Shown: positions 1 through 13,262 of the stretch, in pieces
Layout: each line of letters starts with the position of its first letter
Numbering within the stretch: the first letter of the stretch is position 1
Source of the DNA: Dipteris shenzhenensis
Taxonomy: Eukaryota
DNA length: 64,000 nucleotides
Reading direction: 5' to 3' (one strand)
Assembly: GCA_047967505.1 (NCBI GenBank)
Contig: CM106538.1
Notes under the pieces: model-generated
What the model was told of the DNA's origin: nothing
What the model saw: only the letters and a program-made list of their open reading frames with translations
Databases searched by the model: none
Position numbers and translations under genes: made by a program

Positions 1-568
1 GGAAGTTGGGCATGGAGATCACAAGGATGCAAGTTGGTGGGTGGCCATGGACAAAGTGGAAGAATTGGAAGAAGTACTGTCAATAGTGATATGGTTAGCC
101 TCAGGACATCACGCAGCTGTAAACTTTGGGCAATACGCTTATGCAGGTTTCATGCCAAATGCCCCAACTATTAGCCATAAACTCATTCCAGAGATAGGAA
201 GCCAAGAGTATATGGAGATGTCCAAAGATCCGGAGAAATATTTTATGACCTGTTTGGCAACCAAAGGGGAGGCTATCTTAATAATGGCAGTAGGGGAGGT
301 ATTGTCTCAACACTTAGCGGGTGAGGAGTACATAGGGCAGAGAGAAGACCCCAAGTGGACTAGCAATGAGAAGGTGTTGGCTGCTTTTCAGGACTTTGGG
401 AGGAAGGTAGAAATGGCTGAGGCTAAGATGGTGGCAAGAAATGAGGTGCAGGACTCCCTCAAGCTTGCCCACCGTGTTGGTCCCGCTTTAGTACCCTATA
501 CCCTCCTTTGTCCCTCCTCTAGTCAGGGCCACACACTTAGAGGTGTCCCCAACAGTATCTCCATCTGA
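1..568 (+). CDS. LOX: Lipoxygenase, 3' part of last exon (copy 1; gene begins before the window)
   Basis: Encodes [15 protein letters not shown]...GVPNSISI* with the His/Asn and C-terminal Ile iron ligands. Nearly identical to 60859-61426. Confidence 0.97.
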   Translation, partial: EVGHGDHKDASWWVAMDKVEELEEVLSIVIWLASGHHAAVNFGQYAYAGFMPNAPTISHKLIPEIGSQEYMEMSKDPEKYFMTCLATKGEAILIMAVGEVLSQHLAGEEYIGQREDPKWTSNEKVLAAFQDFGRKVEMAEAKMVARNEVQDSLKLAHRVGPALVPYTLLCPSSSQGHTLRGVPNSISI

Positions 569-834
569 CACCATGGTTTGTGTTTTTTCATGCTTTTTTT
601 GAATATGGATATAGATGTGTTTGTTCTATGTGATCAAGGGAAACACTTTTAAATATGTAAATGTAACACACGAGTTTAACTACAAGAGGGCTTTTTCAAT
701 AGTAAACACTTACTACATTTTATAAAATATACTTTTGGAAGAGGTGCTCTTAATTGGGTAAGTCTATAAGCTTATATTTAAAAAGGGAATTTTTATAGCA
801 TTAACTTTTATAAAGTATGAGACTGATTTTGGGC

Positions 835-1262
835 ATATCTTATGCATATCACTTTGGTTTCAATTGGAGCCATGTTTGCTTATTTGTGGTTTGCATTGGG
901 TCGTAGTGGTTACTTTAGAGGTCATTTGGATGCATTGTGGTCCTTGTTGGATGTGTTGGTATGCCTAGATTGCCTTGTGAGATGCTCTATTTTGATGAAC
1001 ACTTTGCACATGGATGCTATTCTATATTGAGGGATAGCTTTGACACATTGTAGTTGATGTACTGATAATGCTATGGTATCTTGGATGAGATATTGTTGAT
1101 GCATATGGTCATGGATGGTCTTTATTCTTAAGGCATTTGGCACTTATTGACATTTGGATCTTTATTACAGTTGGCAATTTCTTTTGGGCTAGATTTACTC
1201 ATATGGATGCATATTATATGCACATGATTCAGTTGCATTTTAATGCTTTGAGCTTTGAGCTA
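835..1262 (+). repeat. Diverged fragment of a copia 5' leader
   Basis: Colinear similarity to 3230-3630 inside the copia leader (shared catttggatgcattg.ggtccttgttggatg, ctttgcacatggatgctatt, gctttgacacattg, atgctttgagctttgag). Also at about 61680-62105. Confidence 0.8.
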
Positions 1263-1269
1263 TTACTCT

Positions 1270-2126
1270 TGGGGTAGGGACATTGGTATTTTGCAATACC
1301 TCTAATTTGAAACCACCCAAGGTTAACATGTCAACCTCTCCTTGTGTTATGTTGGTCTGTGTATCAATGGGTCACATAACTAGAAGTGTGGGGATTAGAG
1401 AGATATTGATATCCACTCTCCAAGTGTGTGTTTGTGTAGTAAAACCACATCATCTATGTTTGTGTAGCAAAACCACATCATCTGGGCTATTGGGCCATGA
1501 TTAGGATGTTTTCTGAAGGAAAAGAAGTATGGTGAAACACATCCCTTTCTAGAATCACAAAGTGGTTGGTTGCACTTGCCATTACGTGGGGTCCACCCAA
1601 GACATTTCACATGGCTTCCCACATTTGTTCTTCTAATGGCCCAAATTGTTTGGTTCATAACTCTCTCCACCACACATTACCTATCTTGCATAATAGATGT
1701 ATTGTTGCGATTCTCATCATTGATAGTGGTGCTAGCATGAGGTGTACTCACATTGTTAGGTGTAGTCACATTGACTCCCCTTGGAGGCTTGCATAATTTT
1801 GATCCCTTGTTTTATAATTGTATTCAAAGAGATGGTTGCTTTCTTCATCAAAGTCAATGATAGTTCTCATCCTTATTCTTTGTCGGACAATCTCCCTATC
1901 ACCCTCCAAATTGGTTCTCTTATGATACATAGGGCTTCCAGCAACATGGTTCTTCACTATGCATATCACTTTAGATATAGCTTGTTTGATTTTGATGATG
2001 AGGATCTATCTACTAAATTTTGCAAACTAGGGCCATGAGCTATTTGCTTTCTCCTTTTAAAGGCATGCATCTTAGCACTTTGAAGTACACCATTTGCCAA
2101 GTCAGTAACAGTAGCAATGATATAGA
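1270..2126 (-). pseudogene. Probable C-terminal part of the Mutator-like transposase relic, separated from the rest by the copia insertion
   Basis: Directly contiguous with the 8003-9340 sequence in the uninterrupted duplicate (62115-64000). Broken minus-strand ORFs; no diagnostic motif of its own. Confidence 0.5.
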
Positions 2127-2131
2127 CTAAT

Positions 2132-2302
2132 TGTGGGGGTTAAAGGTCACTGTGCCTTAACCCCGGTTATGTACAATACTCAAACACATATATAAATGAA
2201 TGAAAAAGAAGATTAGGGTGGTTTTGCACCCACCAAAACTTGTGTGGCTCTCTGTCTCTCTCTCTCCTTCTTCCATTCTTGCTTCCGTTGAGAGCACTCT
2301 CA
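2132..2302 (+). repeat. 5' LTR (171 bp)
   Basis: tgtgggggttaaagg...gagagcactctca; differs from the 3' LTR by 3 substitutions and 1 indel on manual comparison. Confidence 0.97.
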
Positions 2303-2304
2303 AC

Positions 2305-2316
2305 TGGTATCAGAGC
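2305..2316 (+). promoter_or_regulatory. Primer-binding site (initiator tRNA-Met)
   Basis: TGGTATCAGAGC 2 bp after the 5' LTR. Confidence 0.95.
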
Positions 2317-3739
2317 TCGGGTGATCTAGCTGAGCGTGCGTGAATGCTTGGAAGCTCAGCAGCTCTGTGGGAGGAAGGAGAAGCTCTGTGGGAAGCTTTG
2401 TGGGTGACTTTACTTACATCTGAGTGTGCAGAGACCTTGGAGAAACCTTTGGAAAAGCCACTTTGGCTTTGCGAAGTAGTTTTGAGAGCCTGTCAAGTGG
2501 TTTCAAAGAAAGTCATTTTTTGAGCTTTTCCCTGTTCCGTTCGATGACAGAGACTTCGTATTGACTTGTAGAGGTAACTATTGCTTGCTTTTGGTGTCCA
2601 CATTACTTCAGGAGCTTGGAAACACCTTATTCTTGAATCCGTGATCATTTCAGTAGATTTCTGACTCACTGTGTCAGTTCTTGCATTTTTTGCCCGGGTA
2701 TTGGAACTCAAGTTTGGAGCAATCATTTGCAGATCTGTCAGTTCCGATGGACTCAGGAGGTCCTAAAACTTCTATGTTGATCATCATTCGCACTCCGGTG
2801 GAGTTTACAAACAGCTCTGTTTCAAAAAACGTTTTTCAGCCTGTGTGTTGAACCCAGTGATTGAGACCACGGTTTTCAAAACCGTCTGTCCCATTGTGTT
2901 CCGGATGCCCAAAAACCCCTACCTATCAGTTCTTGCACGATTTGGTGGAGGATTTTCAGAGTTATATATCTCTGTGTATTCGATTTCGTCTCTTGTTATG
3001 CATTTTTCATTCTAAGGTTTTGAAACCTTAGATTTATACCACATGGTAGTGGATAAGTGTTGACTCCCATTTCTCACTCATCGGTTGGGATTTTGGAGTT
3101 CTGGCAGAAGAGAGATATTTGCAGATTTTCTTGCTGATTCCGATTATGCAATGGCGCCCATGTTTTGAGGCATCTCAGGTTCTATTTTCAGTAGCGCTCA
3201 TTACCGTGGGACTATGATTTCTTGAGCATACCTTATGCAGATCACTCTGGTTGCAGTTTGAGCAGTGTGCGCTCATTCGTGGTGTGCATTGGGTTGCAGT
3301 GGATGATTTATAGGCCATTTGGATGCATTGCGGTCCTTGTTGGATGCGCTGATAGGCCCAAATTGCCTTGTGGGATGCTATTTTTATGGATGCTTTGCAC
3401 ATGGATGCTATTTTAAGCTGAGGGACAGCTTTGACACATTGCTGGTGATGCACTGATAGTGCTATGCTCTCTTGGATGAGATATTATTGATGCATATGCC
3501 AGTGGACGGTGTTTATGCTCGAGTCATTTGGCACTTATTGGCATTTTCTTTTGGGCCAGATTTGCTCATATGGATGCATAGTATATGCATATGAGTCAGA
3601 TGCATCTTTTTGATGCTTTGAGCTTTGAGTTTTTTATGATATTTCAGTCTATTGTGGCATACACATTTGGGTGCACCTGGTATTTGGTGTGATTCTCTCT
3701 TGCAGGTACTAGCATTTGGGATTTTGTTTCATTTGCATC

Positions 3740-6700
3740 ATGGCATCCTCTTCCATGTCTGAAAAGGAGTTTTTCAGCATTAAATAGTTTGATGGGACAA
3801 ACTTTTCTTTGTGGAAAGAACAAATAAGGGATGTGCTTATTCAAAAGAAGCAGATTAAACCCTTGGCAGGTATTGAAGCTAAACCTGCGGATATGTCTGA
3901 GGATGATTGGAATGAGTTGGATGCATTAGCAAAGTCTACTATTAGACTTCATCTTGCAGAGTCAGTTTATTTCACAGTAGTAACTACGGAAGATTTGTGG
4001 AAGAAACTGTGTGCCACTTATGAGAAGGAAACTGCCTCTAATAAAGTTTACCTCATGAAAAGGTTGTTTGAGCTGCACATGAAGGAAGGGGTCTCCATTG
4101 CTTCTCACTTGAATGAATTCAATATTATTTTCAGCCAGCTTCAGGCTCAGAAAATGAGGCAATATTTCTCTTATGTTCATTGCCATTTTCATGGGATACC
4201 TTCCGTACAGCTGTCAGTAACTCTGCACCTGGTGGAGTACTGAAATTTGATGATGTTGTGGGTAGCTTATTGGCCGAGGAGATTAGACGGAAGTCTATGG
4301 ATGGCAACAAGCAGGATGCAGCCTTAAATGTGCAAAGGGGTAGATCATAGTTCAGGGGAAAGTCCCAAGAAAGAGGGAAGTCTCGTAGCAAATCCAGGGC
4401 ACGGAACATTGAGTGTTACCACTGTGGCAAGAAGGGCCATATGAAAAAGGATTGCTACAAGCTGAAAAGAGAGCAAAAGGATAAGAAAAAGAATGCAAAT
4501 TGGGGTGCAAATCAAAAGGAAGAGAGTCCAAGGGAGGACAAAGGAAAAGTGAAGATCGAGGAGATCAATGCAGTCACACATGATAGTGACAATGATGTTC
4601 TTTTCATGTCTACTTTATCTGCAGAGTTGGTTACCACTTCAGATGATGCATATTCCCAGGATTGGATTTTGGATTCTGGTGCTTCATTCCATGTTACTCC
4701 CCATAGGGAATGGTTCTCCACTTATGATAGTGGAAAGACAGGTTGTGTGCATCTTGGAAATGACTATGCATGTGACATAGTGGGAGCAGGTGACAAAGTT
4801 TTCTTTTGCAAATGGGTCTGCATTTGTTTTAAAACATGTGAGACATGTGCCTAAGTTGACCAAGAGTCTTATTTCAGTGGGTCAGCTAGATGATGCTGGT
4901 TTTCACACCACTTTTGGCTTTCATAGTTGGAAAATTCAGAAGGGCTCTATGCTTTTGGCCAGGGGTGCCAAGTGTGGGACTTTGTATCCCTTACATGTAT
5001 CAGGGGTATTTGATCATGTTGTTGCAATAACCGAGCAGCCAAGCACTTCTTTGTGGCATTGCAGGTTGGGGCACATGAGCCAGAATGGAATGAAACTCTT
5101 ATGTCGTTTGGGTTATGTACCGCATTTGAGTTTCTCTGATTTTGAATTTTGTGAGCATTGTCTCTATGGGAAGCAGACTAAATCAGCCCATAAAAGAAGG
5201 GAAAAGAAAGAGTTTGAAATGCTTGATTTGGTGCATTCAGACGTATGTGGTCCCATGCCTACACGGTCATTAGGCGGGGCTGAATACTATGTGACATTCA
5301 TTGATGATGCAACTAGGAAAGTGTGGGCTTATGCTATAGCTCGGAAGAGTGATGTGTTCCAGGTATTTTAGAAATGGCTGGCCTTGGTTGAGAATCAGTC
5401 AGGTAGAACGCTTAAATGCCTACGGACTGACAATGGTGGAGAGTATCTCTCTCATGACTTTCAGCATTTCTGTGATACACGTGGGATTAAGAGGGAGCTC
5501 ACATCCCCTCATACTCCAGAGCAAAATCCAGTTGCAGAAAAGATGAACCGTACCATTCAAGAAAGGTTGCAATGCATGCTTTCCAATGCAAGTCTTTCTG
5601 GTGGTTTTTGGGCTGAGGCAATGAAGACTGCAGTGCATGTGATCAATAGATCACCTAGTAAGAGTTTGGATGGTGGTATTCCTGAAGAGGCATGGAGTGG
5701 AAAGAAGCCCTCTTACTCTCATTTGCGTATATTTGGGTGTGAGGCATATGCACATGTGCCAAAAGAGCTTCGAAAGAAGCTAGATCCTAAGTCTAGGAAA
5801 TGCATCTTTCTAGGTTATGGTGAAAGTGGAGAGATGGGCTATCGTCTCTGGGATCCAGAAGCAAAGAAGATCATACGCAGCCATGATGTGGTCTTCAATG
5901 AGAATAAGATGCATAAGGCACCCATGAGGGATGTGGAAATGAGGAGAATCACTTTCCAGGATGTGAATCCACCTGCCTATGTTGATAGACAGCAAGCTGT
6001 CCATGCACCAAATGTGCAAGAAATGGTACCACCAAGTACTCCCACATGTATACAATCAAGGGTAGATGATGGATCATCTATTGGTGGAAATGATGAGCCA
6101 AATGTGGCTGATATGCAAGTGGGACAGCAAGCTGAAATGTCCTTGAGAAGATCATCTAGAGTGTCTAGACCACCTGATAGGTTTGTTCCAGGGGTAGACT
6201 ATGTGATGCTTACTGATTGCGGGGAGCGTTCTTGCTACAAAGAGGCTATGATGCGTAAGGATCAACGCAAGTGGGAGTATGCTATGCAATCAGAGATGAG
6301 TTCACTTATGAAGAATAAGACTTGGGACTTGGTTTCTTTGCCACATGGAAAGAAAGCATTGCCATGTAAATGGGTCTACAAAATGAAGGTCATAGGTGAT
6401 GATGTGCCTAGGTACAAGGCCCGATTGGTTGCTAAAGGGTTCAAGCAAGAGAAGGGTGTGGACTTTGATGAGATATTCTCTCCGGTTGTGAAGATGACCA
6501 CACTTAGATGCATGCTTGGACTAGTGGCATCAGAGGATATGGAGCTTATGCAGATGGATGTCAAGACAGCTTTCTTGCATGGGGATTTGCATGAGGAAAT
6601 TTACATGGTGTAGCCGGAAGGCTTTGAAGAAAAGGGCAAAGAGCATTTAGTTTGCAAGCTGAAGAAGAGTCTCTATGGTCTTAAGCAAGCGCCTAGAGAA

Positions 6701-7774
6701 TGGTATAAGAAGTTTGATGCTTTCATTCGGTCCCAGGGTTTTAGAAGGAGTGAAATTGATCACTGCCTCTACACTAAAAGGGCTAAGGATAATAGCCTGA
6801 TAATCTTGGCACTATATGTGGATGATATGCTATTGCCTAGCAAGAATACTTATGAGCTAGATGCATTAAAGGCCAAGTTGCATGAGGCCTTTGATATGAA
6901 GGATTTGGGACTTGCAGGTCATATTCTTGGTATGCGCATTACACGTGATTGGAGTAGGAAACTCCTTTGGCTTTCACAAAAAGAGTATGTTACAAAAGTA
7001 TTGCAGCGTTTCATTATGGAGGGGGGGAAGGCAGTGAGTACTTTATTGCCTCTATATGTGAAATTGAGTCATACAGATAGTCCCAAATCAGATGAGGAAA
7101 GGGCCATGATGGCCAAGGTTCCTTATGCATCAGTAGTTAGGAGTCTTATGTATGCTATGATAGCTACTAGACCAGACATTGCATTTGCAATGGGAGTTGT
7201 TAGCCGGTATATGGCTAATCCAGGAAAGAGGCATTGGGAGGCAGTTAAGTGCATCATGAGGTACATGAAGGGTACCAAGGAGATGTGCATTGGCTTTGGT
7301 AAAGGAGACATGCGTGTACTTGGGTACATAGATTCAGACTATGCAGGGCATGTGGATAGTAGGAGATCCACTTCTGGTTATGTGTTCACCTTTGCAGGTG
7401 GTGCAGTGTCGTGGATGTCTCGCGCACAGAAGTGTGTTGCTTTGTCTACCACAGAGGCTGAGTATGTTGCAGCCACAGAGGGTTGCAAGGAGGCTATATG
7501 GCTTGATCGGCTAGTGGGAGATTTGGGGATTCATACAGGTGTACCAACATTGCATAGTGATTCCATGAGTGCTATTCAACTAGCACGGAATCCGGTCTTT
7601 CATGCAAAGACCAAACACATTGAGGTCAGGTACCATTTCATCAGGGAGGTACTTGAGGACAAGCGCATAGAGCTTGTCAAGGTTCATACAGATGATAACC
7701 CTGCAGATATGCTGACGAAGAGTCTACCTAGTCAGCGGTTTGAGTATTGTCGTGTATTGATGGGCATTGGATAG
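3740..7774 (+). pseudogene. copia gag-pol, disrupted by stops and frameshifts
   Basis: Zinc knuckle CYHCGKKGHMKKDC, protease WILDSGASFH, integrase LVHSDVCGP/LRTDNGGEY, RT YKARLVAKGF/QMDVKTAFLHG/YVDDML, RNase H KHIEVRYHFIRE. TAG stops near 4348, 5369 and 6611. Confidence 0.96.
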
Positions 7775-7816
7775 TACGCTCACTGGTTGTTCTCCCTTAA
7801 AGGCACATTGTCCTTT

Positions 7817-7826
7817 AAGTGGGAGG
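7817..7826 (+). promoter_or_regulatory. Polypurine tract
   Basis: aagtgggagg immediately before the 3' LTR. Confidence 0.85.
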
Positions 7827-7827
7827 T

Positions 7828-7997
7828 TGTGGGGGTTAAAGATCACTGTGCCTTAACCCCGGTTATGTACAATACTCAAACACATATATAAATGAATGAA
7901 AAAGAAGATTAGGGTGGTTCTGCACCCCCCAAACTTGTGTGGCTCTCTGTCTCTCTCTCTCCTTCTTCCATTCTTGCTTCCGTTGAGAGCACTCTCA
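7828..7997 (+). repeat. 3' LTR (170 bp)
   Basis: Direct repeat of 2132-2302, followed by the TSD CTAAT. Confidence 0.97.
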
Positions 7998-8002
7998 CTA
8001 AT

Positions 8003-9340
8003 CTTTCCCTTGAATCCTTTAGCTATAAGCCAACTTCCATTCTTGCTCTCTAAAAGATCTCCACGAGGAGTGTTGGCTAAATTCGTGCTATTTATAATCT
8101 ATGCAAAAAAAGAAAAGATAATGAGGATGAGAAGGTTTCTCAAAGGATTCAATGCATCAAGTTAAATCAATGTTCCAAATAGGAAAATTGGACATACTAC
8201 ACACATGTATTCACCCCAATGCATCATTCTTACAATCCACCAACTTAGCCAGCTATCCAAGTATGGAATTTTAGACTTCTTGACCTTCCCTGTCTTCCAC
8301 CATTATTGGATATCCATTTATATCTCTTGGGCCTCGTCTCTTGTCCTTGGAGTTCTCCAAGAATCACATAAGTCTTTGTACTCTCTGTGGTACTCTTTTT
8401 GTGCTATGCAATAGTGTGGTGGTGGAGGCTTTGCTGCCAATGAAACAAACATGATCTCTCATGTCCAACCATAATATTATCAAAACCTCTATTAAATACA
8501 TGGCAAACTTATCTTCAATTGGATTGAGCCTCATTTGCCATGAAACCAAAAAGACTTGCCTTCACATGCGTGGAGCACAAGATGAGGCTCATTCAACATC
8601 TCCCAAAAGATTATATGTGCATCTTTATCTTCCTCTTTCATCTCACATGTTGCTATTGTTAACAATTCCTGAAAGTTGGTCATGGAAAAGTTTCATGATT
8701 AAGAAGCACAAATTAATTGTTGAGCATATCCAAATAGTAAGTTAGGATTATATATACATGGCAAGCAAGTTCTAAACATTTCTAAATGCATAGTAGACCT
8801 AGGATCATATACATGGCATGCTAGTGTTGTCCATCCAAGTATCCACTTTGGATGGTCAAACATGACCCAAGAATTTTTAAGATCTTTGTTTCCATCACAA
8901 TTCATTTGCCTTACAAGGTTTACACCTAAAGTAGGTCCTTTTGTAGACATCTTGAATATGAAGCAACATTCTTCCTCAAATCCTTGCCTAGAAGAATGAC
9001 TGCAATGGAAGAATTCATACATGGAGTTTTTCTTTAGCTCCAAAATGCTATCAAGGACCACACCTCTAGTCAATGCCCTTTTCCTTTCACTTCCCAGCAT
9101 TCTTTGCAAGGTATTATACATTGAAAATTTAGCTCACATTGAAACTTCAAAGCATGTCACCTCCAAACTTCAAAATCAAAATCAAAAGATGAACATAATG
9201 AAAGTTCCACCTTTTTGTTTGCATCGGTGGACAAAGTTCCTCGAAGAAGCGTCCGAACTCCACCTCTCCAAGGATATATTTCTCCTTTCGACCATCTTTA
9301 ATCATCATCCGATCAATGAGGTCTTTTGCAATGGTCATCT
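8003..9340 (-). pseudogene. Mutator-like (MULE-type) transposase relic
   Basis: Minus strand gives WVMFDHPKWILGWTTLACHVYD, then FGFMANEAQSN*...GHERSCLFHWQQSL (about 8550-8425). The hydrophobic-D/N...CxxH signature fits the Mutator DDE core. Confidence 0.65.
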
Positions 9341-9457
9341 GAACCTTTCAAGAAGTGTCCGAACTCCATGTCTCTAAGGATATATTTCTCCTTTCGACCA
9401 TCTTTAATCATCATCTGATCAATGAGGTCTTTTGCAATGGTCATCTGAACCTTTCAT
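9250..9457. repeat. Local tandem duplication, period about 106 bp
   Basis: aggatatatttctcctttcgaccatctttaatcatcatc...gaacctttca at 9271 and 9377. Confidence 0.9.
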
Positions 9458-10394
9458 GGACTTTCATTTCTATATACCCTGATCACATCATTCTCCACTA
9501 GAGCTCTCACCTTTTCGATACTATTTCTTGATGTGCCAACTTGACCATCATGCAAGTGTGTTCCCACATGAATCATAATCCTTGACAATAACCAAGCCTT
9601 TGGCAATATTTAGTATACAACATACAAACATGCTCCAATGCACATAACATATTTCTTGCAAAAATGACATGTGAGCATACAACATTTTGCAATGGCCAAA
9701 TAGCCAAAATGCATAAATATGCGACAACTTTCCCTCTAAGAAACCCTTTCTACAATGCCCTTACCACCATTGATAAGGGGAACATGAAGGACATGTAAGT
9801 CTAGGATTTCATTTAACTCTTCTACAAACTTGATATGTGCTTGCATTGTGTGCCAAATGAGATGAAAGATTGCGAACAATATTGCGAGCAACTTTAAAAA
9901 ACAACAATATTGCGAGCAACTTTAAAATGTTTTTAATCTAATCAAGCCCTAATCTAAGCACTAATCAAAAGGGTTAAACCTAATGAAATGGCTCTCTACT
10001 CTAAGCGCTTAGCTTCCACACCTCTAAATCAAACGGCTCCTAATCAAACAGCTAATCAAATGGATTAAACCTAATGAAATGACTCTCTCCTTAGCTTCTA
10101 CACCTCAAGCCCACAGCTCCTCCATTGGCCTGCTTGACCTCCTCCATCCTCCTCCTCGACCTCCTCTATCCCTTGTCTTTCTTGACCTCCTCGCCTCCAT
10201 CTATTGTACTTGACCTCCTCCCTCCATATTCCTCGACCTCCTCATTCGTGACACCTTGCTCAACCTCTTTCTTCATGATGCCTTCGTCAAGCTCCTCCAC
10301 CATCGGTTGCATCGTGGTAGGTATGAATCCTGACGGCCCTCTCTCATAGATTCACCAATCGCGTGAAGGATAATGGACATTTTTTTTTGGGTAA

Positions 10395-10635
10395 GGGTCT
10401 TCGTCAGGCAAAGATCTGATTTTGGCTACCATGCCAAAAAAATTTGGAGTAGGGAAGCCAATTTTTTTTGTCAAAGGTAGCCAAAATCAGGGTATCAGGT
10501 AGCTCTTCACCTGGCGAAGATCTGATTTTGGCTGCCTTTGGGGAAAAAAAAAAGGGCTTGCCAGCTCCCTCTAGGTAAATTATTTTGCCAGTGCCCCAAA
10601 ATCAGATTTTGGCTAGGCAAAGATCTGATTTTGTC
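10395..10635. repeat. Cluster of direct and inverted short repeats (AAGATCTGATTTTGGCT / AGCCAAAATCAG)
   Basis: ctgattttggctacc at about 10416 pairs with ggtagccaaaatcag at about 10476; further copies near 10517, 10596 and 10620. Confidence 0.75.
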
Positions 10636-10989
10636 TGCACTGGCCTGTACTCAACTCTTATCATTTGGGGAAATGGCTCTTCTCCTTTGCTCTCTCTTAG
10701 TTTCTATCTCTTTTTCGTTTCTACTTCTTCTCCTTCGGGGAAACGGCTATCTCAAACCATCCCCATTCTTGAATGCAAAGACGACTAGATCACCGTGATG
10801 GCTAGAGTCCCCATAACCATCAGTCAAGCAGATTCAAGCCGACTACTACACAGTGCACTCCAGGGCCTTGTGCAATTGGTCGTTGGTGTATTGCACAGTC
10901 TAAAATCTTTTTCTGGTGAAAAGATTTTCTTAATAATCACATAACGTGTCCTTTCTCCATACACAAGGAGCTTTGAGACGTTCTCTGTA

Positions 10990-11760
10990 TAGGAAAAAAA
11001 GAGGATTCTCTATATCATTTACTAGTTAGAAATGAACATAACTAGTCAGAGTGCAAACTAGAGAAAATGGAACATTTCCTAGTTACCTTATCTAGGGAAT
11101 CAATCAAAAAATTCCCTATGCAAGTCAATGCAGGGAATCATTAGAGAATTTCACCATATAGGAAAATTTTCCTAGATAGTGAAATTCATTAGTAATTCCC
11201 TACATAGTCTAACTAGGAAATGTTCCATTTTCCCTAGTTTGCACTCTTCCTAGTTATAGTCTAGTAAATGATATAGAGAATCCTCTTTTTCTTTGTAAGA
11301 CAAACTAGGAAATGCCCCATTTTTCATAGTTTGCAAACTTCCTGGTTATGAACTAGTAAACTATATTGAGAATCTTCTATTTCCCTATATAGGGAGAATG
11401 CGAAATAAGTGATTTTGTTTAAGTTATATCATTTAAGAAATGAAGCACTCATGTTTCACATTTTCCTAGATAGTGAAATTCATTAGTAATTCCCTACATA
11501 GTCTAACTAGGAAATGTTCCATTTTCCCTAGTTTGCACTCTTCCTAGTTATAGTCTAGTAAATGATATAGAGAATCCTCTTTTTCTTTGTAAGACAAACT
11601 AGGAAATGCCCCATTTTTCATAGTTTGCAAACTTCCTGGTTATGAACTAGTAAACTATATTGAGAATCTTATATTTCCCTATATAGGGAGAACGCGAAAT
11701 AAGTGATTTTGTCTAAGTTATATCATTTAAGAAATGAAGCACTCATGTTTCACATTTTCA
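10990..11760. repeat. Left subterminal repeat region: inverted repeat plus 294-bp tandem duplication
   Basis: About 10995-11085 is the reverse complement of about 11210-11291; the unit ttttcctagatagtgaaattc... begins at 11167 and 11461. Confidence 0.9.
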
Positions 11761-13262
11761 TATGTAGCAATTTGAACTTTTAAAGTACCTAGAGCAATAA
11801 GCAATTGTTACTATAATTACATTAACCCACATTATCTACACTAAGATTCAACAAAACCATCAAAAAGATTATGGAGTTCTCTTTAATATTTCTACAAATA
11901 ATAAGAAGGTAAAAAGTCCATTCGTTATTACAATATTCAAAAGAAAAAGCAAAAAACTTCTACTATAAGAAATATAAGACAACCAAAGAGAGCTAAAAGA
12001 GCTCTACATAACATCTTTGAAGACTTATTTGAATCAAGCTAAATGTCATATCAAAATCTCTATATCTTCTAAACTAAGCACATCAGATTTTTCCATGAAT
12101 CTAACTTTTTGACTTTCAATAAGCCAATGCACAATGTCCCTTATCATAATGTTACTGGTTGGTTTCTTGATGTCTGTAGAGTACTGTTTGAAGCTACTCT
12201 CCATCTTTTTAAGCTTCACATATGTACTTTTTAAGGAAAAGTACATATCATGAATTGTGTGGACTCCCATGTATTTCAAAAGTATTGTCTCCATATTTTC
12301 CTCTGAAATGTCATCCACCTGAGGGCATAGTAACAAAACAAGTGACAATATATTAACAAATTCGAAGCAAATGATTTAAATAATCAAGCTTAATGTAAAA
12401 GGCTGTCACATACTCTTTTATACTTGCTTGAAATCATAGTCACCTCCATGTCTGTACCTTGAATATCTTTTAAGTTCTAATTCAAATAAAAAATTGAGAT
12501 TAAAATCAAGGTATAAAGACTTCAAATCATAGAAAATAAATTCTAAATATAAGAATACCTTGCATCTCTTTCCTTGGGATTTATCACTTCTTTGCACGGT
12601 CTTCTGTTCTAAGTGATCTTTCATTTTTTCACTCACCTATGGATGATAAACAACAAGTAGTGTTAATGCCATTGGAAAAAATTATGTAAAGAATATAAGC
12701 ATACAAAGTACTTGCTTTACTTTTAAAGGGTATTGCATAAATGAAAACTTTTACCTTTCTCTTTCGTTCACTTTTTCTAGACATTTCATTCGTAGAATCA
12801 GTCACATTTGATATTGGATCCTAAAAATATGACAAAATTAAATTAAAACTTGTCTAAAAAGAAGATGCTGATCACAATTGAATGCCAGAGAATAGCTTCA
12901 ATCATAAGCATATCTAAAAGATAAAGGCAATTCATACCTTATCTTCATTTGTAGTGATGTCACCATGAAGCATCTTAGAAAATGTCATCTCATTCATATC
13001 AGCATTCGCTTCACCATAAGAATCCTGACATAAAATATTCAAGAAGATGAATTGTGAATAACTGAATGGTTAATAATACCTTTCAAAATAGAAGACAACT
13101 CATGATTAAAACTTACACACCTGATCAGAGTGATAATACTCAAACCCTTCAAATCTCTTCGCCATGAACTTATCTATCTACACAAAAGAACATATGATTT
13201 TATTAAAGAAAACATTTTATATTCTTTATAAAATTAAAAACATATCTTTTATTGGAAATGCT

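Larger units (their letters stand above)
2132..7997 (+). mobile_element. Full-length Ty1/copia LTR retrotransposon with short LTRs
   Basis: TG...CA LTRs at 2132-2302 and 7828-7997; 5-bp TSD CTAAT at 2127-2131 and 7998-8002; PBS, PPT; gag-PR-IN-RT-RH order. Confidence 0.98.

Noticed and set aside
10849-10855. RSS heptamer CACAGTG (also near 35231 and 45712) as ends of the RAG1-like element
   Set aside because: No nonamer at 12/23 spacing, the copies do not bracket the transposase as inverted repeats, and a 7-mer is expected by chance in 64 kb.
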